Shown here: in pieces, positions 28,982-38,203 of the stretch
How the letters are laid out: every line of letters begins with the position of its first letter
How positions within the stretch are numbered: position 1 is the first letter of the stretch
Virus record (IMG/VR): IMGVR_UViG_3300031772_000013
Span: 11,452-75,451 of that record
From: a virus
DNA: 64,000 bases
Reading direction: 5' to 3' (one strand)
Notes under the pieces: model-generated
Databases searched by the model: none
Seen by the model: only the letters and a program-made list of their open reading frames with translations
Told to the model about the DNA's origin: nothing
Translations under genes and position numbers: made by a program

Positions 28982-29392
28982 TCACCTCGCTCGTGTGGCG
29001 AGCTCGGCGCGGAGCCTCGCGTTCTCGGACGCCAGGTGTTGGTACGACGGGGCGCCCATGTCGTCGCCGTCCACGGGAGGTTGCAGGTGGACGACACGAG
29101 CGCAGAGTCTTCCGATCTCGTCCTCCAACTCTTTCACACGAGCCTCGGCGCTGGGGGCGCTGGGGGCTGCGGCTTCCGGCCGCCCGAGGGCGAGCGCTTT
29201 GACCACCTCTTGGATCGCCACTACGGCGTACCTGATCTGGTCGATAGCCTTGTTCGTGTTGTCGTCGGGCGCCTCACCGAGCAGGTCACGTGCGGCACCG
29301 AGCCTTCTGTCGGAGTCGGCGAGGAGGGACGAGAGGTACGTCGCTTCTTCTCGCCTTCTGTCGACGTCGGCGAGGAGGGACGAGAGGTTCAT
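28982..29392 (-). CDS. Coiled-coil hypothetical protein with duplicated N-terminus
   Basis: LSSLLADVDRR / LSSLLADSDRR. Confidence 0.5.
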   Translation of the reverse strand: MNLSSLLADVDRRREEATYLSSLLADSDRRLGAARDLLGEAPDDNTNKAIDQIRYAVVAIQEVVKALALGRPEAAAPSAPSAEARVKELEDEIGRLCARVVHLQPPVDGDDMGAPSYQHLASENARLRAELATRAR

Positions 29393-29568
29393 CGCTTCTT
29401 CCCGCTCGCTTCGAGCCCTTTTTCGAGAAGCAACCGCACGACCTCGTTGATGCTCGGCTCAATACCCGTCATCTTCTCGATGCGCTGCCTCTCGGTGACG
29501 ATCTTGGAGTGTAGTTTTTTGCCCACTCGAACGCCGAGTAGGACGTCTTGCCGTTCTTTTGTAGCCAT
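29389..29568 (-). CDS. Ribbon-helix-helix regulator
   Basis: LGVRVGKKLH...SINEVVRLLLEKGL. Resembles 12188-12373. Confidence 0.7.
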   Translation of the reverse strand: MATKERQDVLLGVRVGKKLHSKIVTERQRIEKMTGIEPSINEVVRLLLEKGLEASGKKR

Positions 29569-29629
29569 AGTTACGAACCGTAGCGAAAGCTGTTGACGGG
29601 GTGCAAGAGCGTTCGCTAAAGAAGGAAAT

Positions 29630-30295
29630 ATGAGGTACGCGGCGATTCTCGATGTGGAGACGACTGGTCTTGATCCGAACGTCGACAAGACGATCGAGGT
29701 TGCGGTGATGCTTTTCGATGTGAAGCACGCCCAGCCGGTGAAGAGTTTCGCGAGCCTCATCAGAGGGGCTCCGTCGAACAACGCCTACGAGATCAACCGG
29801 ATCCCTCCGGCGATGCTCTCCGAGGCGCTTGAGCCCGACGCGGTGTGGCAGGCCGTGCGATGGATCATCGAGCCGGCGGAGGTTGTGATCGCTCACAACA
29901 GCGAGTTCGACCGGCAGTTCGTGCCGGACCTCGGCAAACCGTGGGCGTGCTCCGAGAACGACATCGTGTGGCCTGGTCGCGCCCGCGGCGGTGCCCTTGT
30001 GCAACTCGCACTCTCGCTCGGTATCGGTGTTGTGAGCGTGCATCGCGCCGCTGCCGACGTGGACACGATCGCCCGCATCCTCGCCCGGTTCGCCGAGACG
30101 GGGCACGATCTCGAAGCAGTGCTGCTCCACGCGATGCGGCCGAAGGTGCGGTGCCACTCGCTCGCGCCGTTCGAGCAGAAGGATGTCGTGAAGAGTTTTG
30201 GGTTCCGCTGGAGCCCTGAGCAGAAGGTCTGGTGGCGGGTCATGCCGTTCGAGGACGCGGAGCAGTTACCGTTCAAAGTGAAGGTGGTGGGATAG
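29630..30295 (+). CDS. DEDDh 3'-5' exonuclease (DnaQ-like)
   Basis: LDVETTG, AHNSEFD, HRAAADV. Confidence 0.92.
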   Translation: MRYAAILDVETTGLDPNVDKTIEVAVMLFDVKHAQPVKSFASLIRGAPSNNAYEINRIPPAMLSEALEPDAVWQAVRWIIEPAEVVIAHNSEFDRQFVPDLGKPWACSENDIVWPGRARGGALVQLALSLGIGVVSVHRAAADVDTIARILARFAETGHDLEAVLLHAMRPKVRCHSLAPFEQKDVVKSFGFRWSPEQKVWWRVMPFEDAEQLPFKVKVVG

Positions 30296-30298
30296 AAA

Positions 30299-31156
30299 AT
30301 GCCGAAAGCGTCAAGAGATTCATTAAACGCAAAGGGCAAACGCGACGCCTACATGTTCGATCCAGAGGATCTCGTCCTGGTCACGGACGAGAAGTCGCCG
30401 CTCTACGATGAGCGCGTAGAACTCCCGATCGACGAGGCGCTCGTTCTGAACATCATGTTCGCCCCGGACGGAGTGCCGCAGGGGGTGCTCGAGCCCGTCA
30501 ACGCGACCCGCAATCCCGAGACCGGCGCCGTCGAAGTCATCGACGGCCGGCAACGGGTGAAGGCGGCTCGCGAGGCGAACAAGCGTCTCAAGCAGCAAGG
30601 GCTCGAGCCCGTCTGGGTGCCGGCCATGCTCAAGCGGACGAACGCGCACTCCGCGATGGGCATGATGATCAGCTCGAACGAGCACCGCCAGAACGACACC
30701 CCGATCGGGAAGGCGAAGAAGGCGCAGCGCTACATCGACCTCGGTCGGGACGAGGCGGAGGTCGCAACGCTGCTGGGCATCAGCAAGGCGTCGGTCAAGA
30801 ACATGCTTTCGTTGCTGGATGCTCCAGCGGCCGTTCGGAACGCGGTCGAGTCAGGGAAGATCACGGCGACCGACGCCTACAAGCTGGCGAAGCTCGATCC
30901 CGCAGAGGCCAAGGAGAAGGTCGCCGAACTGGTCGAGCACGCCCCGCGAACCCCCGGCAAGAAACGGAACAGCAACGCCAAGAAGGCCCGCGAGATCGTG
31001 AGCGGCGGGAAGGAGCCGAAGATCAGCAAGAAAGGCGAGGACGCGGTCGCCGTCGACATCGCGGCGTGGCTCAGCGAGACCTACGAAGACCTTCCAGAGG
31101 GCATGCTGAAGGAGATCCGGTCGGGGGTTTGGAGAAGTATCCGAGGAGAAAAGTAG
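30299..31156 (+). CDS. ParB-family protein with HTH
   Basis: IDGRQRVKA, SNEHRQND, EVATLLGISKASV. Confidence 0.85.
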   Translation: MPKASRDSLNAKGKRDAYMFDPEDLVLVTDEKSPLYDERVELPIDEALVLNIMFAPDGVPQGVLEPVNATRNPETGAVEVIDGRQRVKAAREANKRLKQQGLEPVWVPAMLKRTNAHSAMGMMISSNEHRQNDTPIGKAKKAQRYIDLGRDEAEVATLLGISKASVKNMLSLLDAPAAVRNAVESGKITATDAYKLAKLDPAEAKEKVAELVEHAPRTPGKKRNSNAKKAREIVSGGKEPKISKKGEDAVAVDIAAWLSETYEDLPEGMLKEIRSGVWRSIRGEK

Positions 31157-31235
31157 ACGATACAGGTAGAAGGTGAATAGAAGGTGAGCGACGACCGTCC
31201 ATCTTCCAACGACACGGGAAAAGGAGATCCCCATC

Positions 31236-32690
31236 ATGACCGACATCAAAAGAAACTGGAGCGAGTACCAGCTCGCCGTATTCGAGAACGTTGCGAATGG
31301 AACCGGCCACACCGTCGTCAAGGCGGTCGCTGGCAGCGGCAAGACGACCACGATCGTCGAGGCGCTCGGGAGCGTCCCGAAGGGTTGCTCGACGCTCTTC
31401 GTGGCCTTCAACAAGGCCATCGCAGAGGAACTCGCGAAGCGGGCGCCTCCCGGCGTCGAGGTCTCGACTCTGCACTCGTACGGCCTGAAGGCCGTCACGC
31501 GGTCGTTCGGGCGTTTGCGTATCGACGCACATCGCGTGGATGACATGGTGAAGGCGATACGCGGCAGTGATTACGAAACCTTCGATCTTCGCCGTGATCT
31601 CGCGAAGACGGTCTCTCTCGCCAAGGGCGCGCTGGCAAGCGACGCGAGTGAGATCGACGCGCTCATCGACGCCTTCGGTATCGAGTCTGCGAAGGACGGA
31701 GCGAGGGCGAAGTTCGTTCAGGACGTGCTCAAGATCCTGGAGCAGTGCAAGGATGTGCAGGACGGCCGCATTGACTTCGACGACATGATCTGGTTGCCGG
31801 TCGCGCTCGAACTGCGGCAGCCGCAGTTCGACCGAGTGTTCGTCGACGAGACGCAGGATCTCAACCCGGCGCAGATCGAGATGACGCTGCGGGCAGTCAA
31901 GGCCGGCGGTCGGATCTGCGCGGTCGGCGACCCCAGGCAGGCGATCTACCGGTTCCGCGGGGCCGACTCGGCCGCCGTCGACAACGTCGTGAGCAGGCTC
32001 AACGCGACCGTGCTTCCGCTCAGTGTGTGCTACCGCTGCTGCAAGGCGGTCATTCAGGAGGCGCAGACGGTCGTCCCGGAGATCGAATACGCTCCGGATG
32101 CTGAAGAGGGCGTCGTGAGCGACGCGACCATCCTGGAGATGAAAGGTGCCGGAGGCGCACAGCCTGGGGACTTCATCCTCAGCCGGACGAACGCGCCGCT
32201 CATCTCGCTCTGCATGTACTTCCTCAAGGAGGGGCGCTCGGCGACCATCCAGGGCCGGGACATCGGCGCGTCGCTCGCGGCCTTCGTCAAGAAGAGCAAG
32301 GCGCCCAACGTGGAAGCGCTCTGCGACTACGTCGAGACGTGGCGCGACGTGGAGTGCAAGCGTCTGGCGGCCAAAAACCGCGACACTCAGTCGGTCGAAG
32401 ATCGGGCGGAGTGCATCCTGGCCCTCAGCGAGGGGGCGACCAATGTGGCGGACGTCATCAACCGCATCGAGTCGCTCTTCGCCGACAAGGACGACGCGAA
32501 ACGGATCGTGCTCTCAAGCACGCACAAGGCGAAGGGCATGGAGCGCGACACGGTCTGGGTGCTCGCATCCACGTACATGCGGCGCCCTGACGTAGAAGAA
32601 AAAAATCTCTACTACGTCGCGGTAACACGGGCGCGCAAAACGCTGTACCTCGTCCAGGGCCAGTTCGGGAAGAAGGGCAGCCAGAAGTGA
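31236..32690 (+). CDS. UvrD/Rep-like SF1 helicase
   Basis: AVAGSGKT, AFNK, DETQD, VGDPRQAIYRFRGA, STHKAKGME, YVAVTRA. Confidence 0.95.
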   Translation: MTDIKRNWSEYQLAVFENVANGTGHTVVKAVAGSGKTTTIVEALGSVPKGCSTLFVAFNKAIAEELAKRAPPGVEVSTLHSYGLKAVTRSFGRLRIDAHRVDDMVKAIRGSDYETFDLRRDLAKTVSLAKGALASDASEIDALIDAFGIESAKDGARAKFVQDVLKILEQCKDVQDGRIDFDDMIWLPVALELRQPQFDRVFVDETQDLNPAQIEMTLRAVKAGGRICAVGDPRQAIYRFRGADSAAVDNVVSRLNATVLPLSVCYRCCKAVIQEAQTVVPEIEYAPDAEEGVVSDATILEMKGAGGAQPGDFILSRTNAPLISLCMYFLKEGRSATIQGRDIGASLAAFVKKSKAPNVEALCDYVETWRDVECKRLAAKNRDTQSVEDRAECILALSEGATNVADVINRIESLFADKDDAKRIVLSSTHKAKGMERDTVWVLASTYMRRPDVEEKNLYYVAVTRARKTLYLVQGQFGKKGSQK

Positions 32691-33945
32691 GGCGCTTCGT
32701 CGAAGTCCCCGCCTCCGCCATCCGCGAACGGTTGGCGGGGGCGGGCTTCCGCCTCCTGCTGGGAGAGCGCGGCGAGGAGGTCTACGAGCGCGCTCACGAC
32801 AAGGACGGCCGGTACTCCGTCAAGGTCTACTCGTCGGTCCAGCGTGGCAAGGAGGGGGCTCGCGAGTGTGGCGCTGACGCCATCCGTGTGGTCGCGCTGC
32901 TCACCACGCCCCAGGGGGCGGTGTACCCGATCTTCAAGTCGGCCCGCGTGTACCGGACCGGCACCGTCCAGGGGGTCCTGGACAGGATGATCGAGCGTGC
33001 GCGCGAGGCGTACGCAACGTGCAACGAACACCGAAGGAAGATGAGCAATGCCAAGAGCAAGTAGGCGACGCAGGAACCGAAACCGCCGCAACGCAGCCCG
33101 AAAGATGAAGGAGCAGGCGCCCAGCGCCGCGACCTCGTCCTCTGCCGCCTGGCGGCCGAAGGCGGAGAAGCCGTGACAGAAGCGTGGGCACGAGCGTCTT
33201 CGATGATGTATGGGCTGACGGCCGCGTACGCGCCAGCCTCAGAGCCAACCGTCGAGGAACTCAAGAGCGAACTCGCCGCCGCGAAGGTGTCGCACGGACA
33301 CGCAAACCGCGCGCTCACGAACATGGCGGTCACGCTGTCGGACGTGATGGATCACGTCGTCGAGCTTCAGGATAGGGAGCGGAAGACGAAGCTCAAACAA
33401 GACGCGCGGTGCGCGGGGTTGGCGCAAGAACTCATGCAGTTCAACGAGGAGCGCAAACAAGCGGACGAGTCGATGGCCAAGGAGCGCAGGCGGGCGGACG
33501 CTTTGCAGGCGCAGATCGAGGCACTGCTCGGCGGCAAGAAGGAGGCGCCGTGACGACGGCGGGCGCCGAGCTAGCAATCGGGTCGACGGTCTGGATCTTC
33601 GACGCGGAACGTCGGGTCTACGCGAAGGAGAAGATGTCGCCGGGGAAACTTTGGTACTCCGGAGCACCGATCTGGCGGGAACACTGGCGACCGACGGCGA
33701 TCGTTGGCGAGACGCGGGTGTCGTGGATCCTTGGGTACGATCGGGGGCGGAAGATCAGCAAGCGCGATCTCGCCGCCGGCACAGTGCGCGGCGCGCTCAC
33801 GAGCGAGGCCGACCTCGACGCCGCCTGCTACGTGAACGATCACGCACACAAGATCGCGGATCGCGTACAGCGCATCTCTGGCGGACTCGCGGCGGCTGAG
33901 ACGCTCCGCAAGATCGCAACGCTGGTCGGGTACGAGGAACCTTGA
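32687..33945 (+). other. Three hypothetical CDSs (32687-33064, 33173-33553, 33550-33945)
   Basis: Co-oriented ORFs with overlapping junctions. Confidence 0.5.
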
Positions 33946-34655
33946 TGGTCACCGGCCCCCTCTTCAAGTGGTTCGGGTCGAAGTGGCTCTCGTCGAAGCT
34001 CTACCCGCCGCCGGAGCACGACGACGTCTTCGAGCCCTTCGCGGGTTCGGCGGGCTACTCGCTCCGGCACCACGAGAAGCGGGTCGTGCTCTGGGACGGC
34101 AACGAGCAACTGCACGAGCTCTGGGGCTGGCTCATCGACGACGCCACGGCGGCCAGCGTGCTCGAGATCCCGATCAACATCCCCGAGGGCACGGACATCG
34201 GCACACTGGGGCTCTCTCGGGGCCAGGCGCTCCTCCTCAAACACTGGCAGCGCACGAACAACGTCGGCAACTGCTGGACGATCTCGCCCTGGGGCAACAA
34301 GCCGGGCCAGTGGACCGCGAACACCCGAGCGCGCGTCGCCGATCAGCTCCACGCCGTGAAGCACTGGAAGCTGGCGCAGCTTCGCCCAGACCGTCCCGGT
34401 ACCTACTTCATCGATCCGCCGTACATCTACAACTACCGGTACCGGTTCAAGGAGTTCGACCACGCGGCGCTGGTCACGAAGATCGCCATGATCCCCCGAG
34501 GGAGCCAGATCATCGTCTGCGAGGCCGCGTGCCAGAAGACGGGGCGAGTACCGGACTACCTGCCGTTCGAGCCGTTCGGGTCGAGGATCACGTCGCGGCG
34601 GAAGAAGACCGAGAACCACCACTCGAAGGAGTATCTCTATGTTGAACGACGTTGA
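33942..34655 (+). CDS. Dam-like (D12-class) DNA amino-methyltransferase
   Basis: KWFGSKW, EPFAGSA, IDPPY. Confidence 0.85.
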   Translation: MMVTGPLFKWFGSKWLSSKLYPPPEHDDVFEPFAGSAGYSLRHHEKRVVLWDGNEQLHELWGWLIDDATAASVLEIPINIPEGTDIGTLGLSRGQALLLKHWQRTNNVGNCWTISPWGNKPGQWTANTRARVADQLHAVKHWKLAQLRPDRPGTYFIDPPYIYNYRYRFKEFDHAALVTKIAMIPRGSQIIVCEAACQKTGRVPDYLPFEPFGSRITSRRKKTENHHSKEYLYVERR

Positions 34656-36219
34656 GTCTCCTGACGAGTACATAGCGCTTCCGCTCGATCCGGACAATCT
34701 CATCGATAGTACGTTGGACTATCTGATTCGCGACGGTCACGGTCACGTTTACGTGACGATCGAAGAAATTAGAGACCCGGAGCGCGGTCCCGATATACTG
34801 CTCGGGCTAGCCAATCGAGTGCTTGAAGCGTTCGGCGATCTTGCGGGTTGTGTGCAAGCGCATGTTCAGGACAATGGGTGGAAAGGCACTGCTATAGAGA
34901 TCGCAAAAGGCGGAGGTGGCGGATCGGTGTGGGCCAATCTTGCGGTAGAACTCAGTTGGCGTTCTCATGCATACGCTGACCCCTCCCGGCTGGCCTCAGA
35001 AGCGCTCAAACACTGCATCGAGACCGTCGTCGCTCGTAAACCTTCTAGCGCAGAAGAAGCTGCGGCCATCGGTGCGGCTGCTTTCAAAGAGAGACCGGGC
35101 GCGCGCAGGTTAGCTCAACTGTACCTCGCTAAATTCAACGCGCAAAGATTGGCGGGGATCGATGATGTGGCCGCTTTCTTCGGTGATGAGGCCGCCAGGC
35201 GCGCACGTGAAGGAAGTGCGCCGGCTCGCCTTGCTCGCCTTGCTCGAATAGCGGCCGTCATACGACAGTGTATTACGCCTCCAGCCACTAGCGCGCAAAA
35301 CGTGGAGGTGCTGACGATGTCTTTCGCCGTCTGCCTTGCCGCTCTTCAAGAGGATGTCTGGCTGCACGAAGGTGACCCTATCCCCAAAGAGATACTAGAT
35401 CCGGTGATCGCCCCCTTCATGCGTCGCTTCGAGGTTGCAGGTAGGAACATTTTCGATCGCGTGCACGTGTCGGTAATTTTGGGTGGCTTCGTAGAGGACA
35501 ATGGCTACGTCTCTCTCGAATGCAACCCCGAGTCTGCGACGGCGTCGCAGCGAGCGGCAGTCCTCAATGACAGCTTCATCGGGAGATGGAGAGCCTCCGC
35601 CTTCGCGCGCTTGGAAGTGTCGCACAAGCTAGCCGCAGCGTTGTGCTTAACAGACATCACCGACTCCGACGAGATCAGAGCCCCCTGGTCGGCGTGGTCG
35701 CTACTGATTCCAAACGGGCTCTTCGGCGAGAACGGGGTCGCACGAGTGTGGTGTATAGACAAGACACCTATTGTACTGGCGTTTCCGTCAGGTCTCTTGC
35801 TTCAGTGGTCTGTCGAGAACGCTGGCGGCCAAGCACAAATAGATATGATACGTGCTTTGATCTTGGGGTCGTGTGCGGCTCTTAGTGATCCAGATCGCCT
35901 CAAACAATCTGGCCGCTGGGGGAATACGTCTTCTGCGCAACCGAAGCAGCGTCGACACGGGCCGCCCCCGGAGGGGGCTCGCTATGTTCTCGCTCAACCA
36001 GTCTCGATAGATTTGCGTGAGGCTGTGCTCGATTCGATCGGTGGCAAACATCGATCCGGTGCAAGCCCGAAGGTCCAGTTTCTCGTTCGCGGCCACTGGC
36101 GCAATCAAGCGCACGGTCCCGGTCGCACTTTGCGGGTGTTCAGGTGGATTGAACCGTTCTGGAAAGGACCACCGGAAACGCGCATTCTGTTGCGTTCACA
36201 CAAGGTCAAAAAGAAGTGA
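34639..36219 (+). CDS. Hypothetical protein with C-terminal VRGHWR..Q..G...WI.PFWKG motif; atypical codon usage
   Basis: 526-aa ORF with more A/T at third positions than its neighbours. Confidence 0.6.
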   Translation: MLNDVESPDEYIALPLDPDNLIDSTLDYLIRDGHGHVYVTIEEIRDPERGPDILLGLANRVLEAFGDLAGCVQAHVQDNGWKGTAIEIAKGGGGGSVWANLAVELSWRSHAYADPSRLASEALKHCIETVVARKPSSAEEAAAIGAAAFKERPGARRLAQLYLAKFNAQRLAGIDDVAAFFGDEAARRAREGSAPARLARLARIAAVIRQCITPPATSAQNVEVLTMSFAVCLAALQEDVWLHEGDPIPKEILDPVIAPFMRRFEVAGRNIFDRVHVSVILGGFVEDNGYVSLECNPESATASQRAAVLNDSFIGRWRASAFARLEVSHKLAAALCLTDITDSDEIRAPWSAWSLLIPNGLFGENGVARVWCIDKTPIVLAFPSGLLLQWSVENAGGQAQIDMIRALILGSCAALSDPDRLKQSGRWGNTSSAQPKQRRHGPPPEGARYVLAQPVSIDLREAVLDSIGGKHRSGASPKVQFLVRGHWRNQAHGPGRTLRVFRWIEPFWKGPPETRILLRSHKVKKK

Positions 36220-36513
36220 TGAGCATCGAGGCCGATCTGCTAAAAATCTTCGTCGCCGCGAAGGTGAGTGTCGGATTCCCACTGTCTGCGGCGACGTGAG
36301 GGAAATAGCCATGGGCATCCGCGAAGAACAAACCGGCAACGTAGTCTCCGGCCCCGCCGTCATCGGCGAGCCGTGGTGGCTCATCAGCAAGCCAGACGGG
36401 ACGGCGTTCTGTTGCCACCGAGCCCCGAGCTGGTTCAAGGCGCGCGACATCGGACGAGGACTGACTGAGCAAGAGGTTTCGGCGGAGTTGATCTTTCAGG
36501 GAGTGACAAAACA

Positions 36514-37497
36514 ATGAGCTACGACGCAAAGATTCTCGCAGATTCGATCTCGCCAGCGGGGCACCGAGTGACCACGATGCAGGTCACGTTCCCCAGGCTG
36601 ATTTTGGCGGAGTTCAATACGCACCGCGTACTCTCGCGCAACAGCGCGTCGAGTCGCGCGATCCCGGTCGAACGGCGCATCGAGCAGATCAGGGAGAACC
36701 CGTTCGTGCCGGAGGCGTTCGGCAAGAACCAGAGAGGGATGCAGGCGAGCGAGGCGCTCGACGATGAGGCGAATCTGCTCGCTAGGACTCACTGGCTCAA
36801 TGCTGCGGAGGACGCGCGTGAGCACGCCGGGTACCTAGCAGCCATCGGCGTGCACAAGCAGCACGCGAACCGCGTCATCGAAACCTACGCCTGGCACACC
36901 GTCATCGTGACCTCGACTGAGTGGGCCAACTGGGACGCGCTCCGCGTCAGCAAGATGGCGCAGCCGGAGATGTTCAAGATCGCCAGCATGATGCGCGAGG
37001 TGCGGCAGGCGAGCAAGCCCCTCGCGGTGAACTACGGTGACTGGCACCTGCCGCTCGTGCGGGGAGTGCTCGGGGCCGTCAACGCAGAGGAGCAGGCTTT
37101 GCGTGCCAGCACCGTCACGGCGTTGATGGGATACAGCCCCAGATCGGGCGTAAACGCAGAGGAGCAGGCTTTGCGTGCCAGCGGCTTCGATCCAGTCAAG
37201 GTCTGTGTCGGCCGCTGCGCGTCGGTGAGCTACGAGCGCCACGACGCGACGACGCCCGAGAAGGCGAGTGCGATCTGCGACAAGCTCCGCGCCGACGGGC
37301 ACATGTCACCGTTTGAGCACGCGCTCCGGCCCATGACGAACCACGAACTGAAGCTCTTCATGCAGGAAGACCTTCAGTGGAGCGGGCGCGAATGGGTGCT
37401 CGGGTCACAGCAGATTCGACACTTTCTCGGCAACGTCGAGGGGTGGGTCCAATTTCGGAAGCTCCTGCCCGGCGAAGCCGTGTACTGCGGGGAATGA
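36514..37497 (+). CDS. thyX: FAD-dependent thymidylate synthase
   Basis: EFNTHRVLSRNSASSRAIP, HKQ.ANR, AQPE, HMSPFEH. Confidence 0.9.
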   Translation: MSYDAKILADSISPAGHRVTTMQVTFPRLILAEFNTHRVLSRNSASSRAIPVERRIEQIRENPFVPEAFGKNQRGMQASEALDDEANLLARTHWLNAAEDAREHAGYLAAIGVHKQHANRVIETYAWHTVIVTSTEWANWDALRVSKMAQPEMFKIASMMREVRQASKPLAVNYGDWHLPLVRGVLGAVNAEEQALRASTVTALMGYSPRSGVNAEEQALRASGFDPVKVCVGRCASVSYERHDATTPEKASAICDKLRADGHMSPFEHALRPMTNHELKLFMQEDLQWSGREWVLGSQQIRHFLGNVEGWVQFRKLLPGEAVYCGE

Positions 37498-37973
37498 CGA
37501 TGATCATCCGCCTCCTCCACGCCCTCTCAAGCCTCCTGCGCCGCCGCGACATCATGCGCGAGGACGGGCAGCTCTACCTCTCCAGGTTCCGGATTTACGG
37601 CTGGATGCCGGGCGACACCAAGAGCTATCCGTTCTCGATCTACCTGCACCACTTCCACACGCCCGACTACGATCCGGCGCCGCACAACCACCCGTGGGAA
37701 TGGGCGCGCTCGCTCATTCTCACCGGAGGGTACGTCGAGCGCAGGCTCGAACCGCTCACCGGCCTCGACGCCTCTTTCGAGGTGCACCCGCTGACCGTCA
37801 ATCGGATCTCGGATGACACGTTCCACGTCGTGGAGGAGCTTCTCGGCACCGAAACATGGACGCTGTTCATCGTCGGGAAGAAGACGAGCACCTGGGGCTT
37901 CTGGGTCCCAGGGCGGGGCTACGTGGCCTGGCGCGATCGATTGCGCGAGCGCGGGCTCACGCCGGAGTATTGA
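37494..37973 (+). CDS. Cupin-like phage protein
   Basis: YLHHFHTPD....HNHPW...ILTGGYVE...FH.V...WTLF...WGF. Confidence 0.65.
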   Translation: MTMIIRLLHALSSLLRRRDIMREDGQLYLSRFRIYGWMPGDTKSYPFSIYLHHFHTPDYDPAPHNHPWEWARSLILTGGYVERRLEPLTGLDASFEVHPLTVNRISDDTFHVVEELLGTETWTLFIVGKKTSTWGFWVPGRGYVAWRDRLRERGLTPEY

Positions 37974-38203
37974 ATGGAACCCAAAGAAGTGACTGAGGCC
38001 AGAGCCGTCATCCGAGACTGGGAAGAGCTCGGCGTCTGCCCGAGCGTGCAACAAACAAGGGTGTCGTGCACCTGGACCTGCTTTACGTGCGGGCGTTCGC
38101 GCCCTGCGACCGTCGGCTCGACCAGCGACAGCGACTACGGGCAGAGCCGTGTGATGGGGGATGCGCCGAACGGCGTGCAATGCGCGATGAAGAAAGAGAA
38201 AAC

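Noticed and set aside
37081-37182. Mini CRISPR array (30-bp repeat, 42-bp spacer)
   Set aside because: Only two copies, non-palindromic, in frame inside thyX, with no leader or cas genes.
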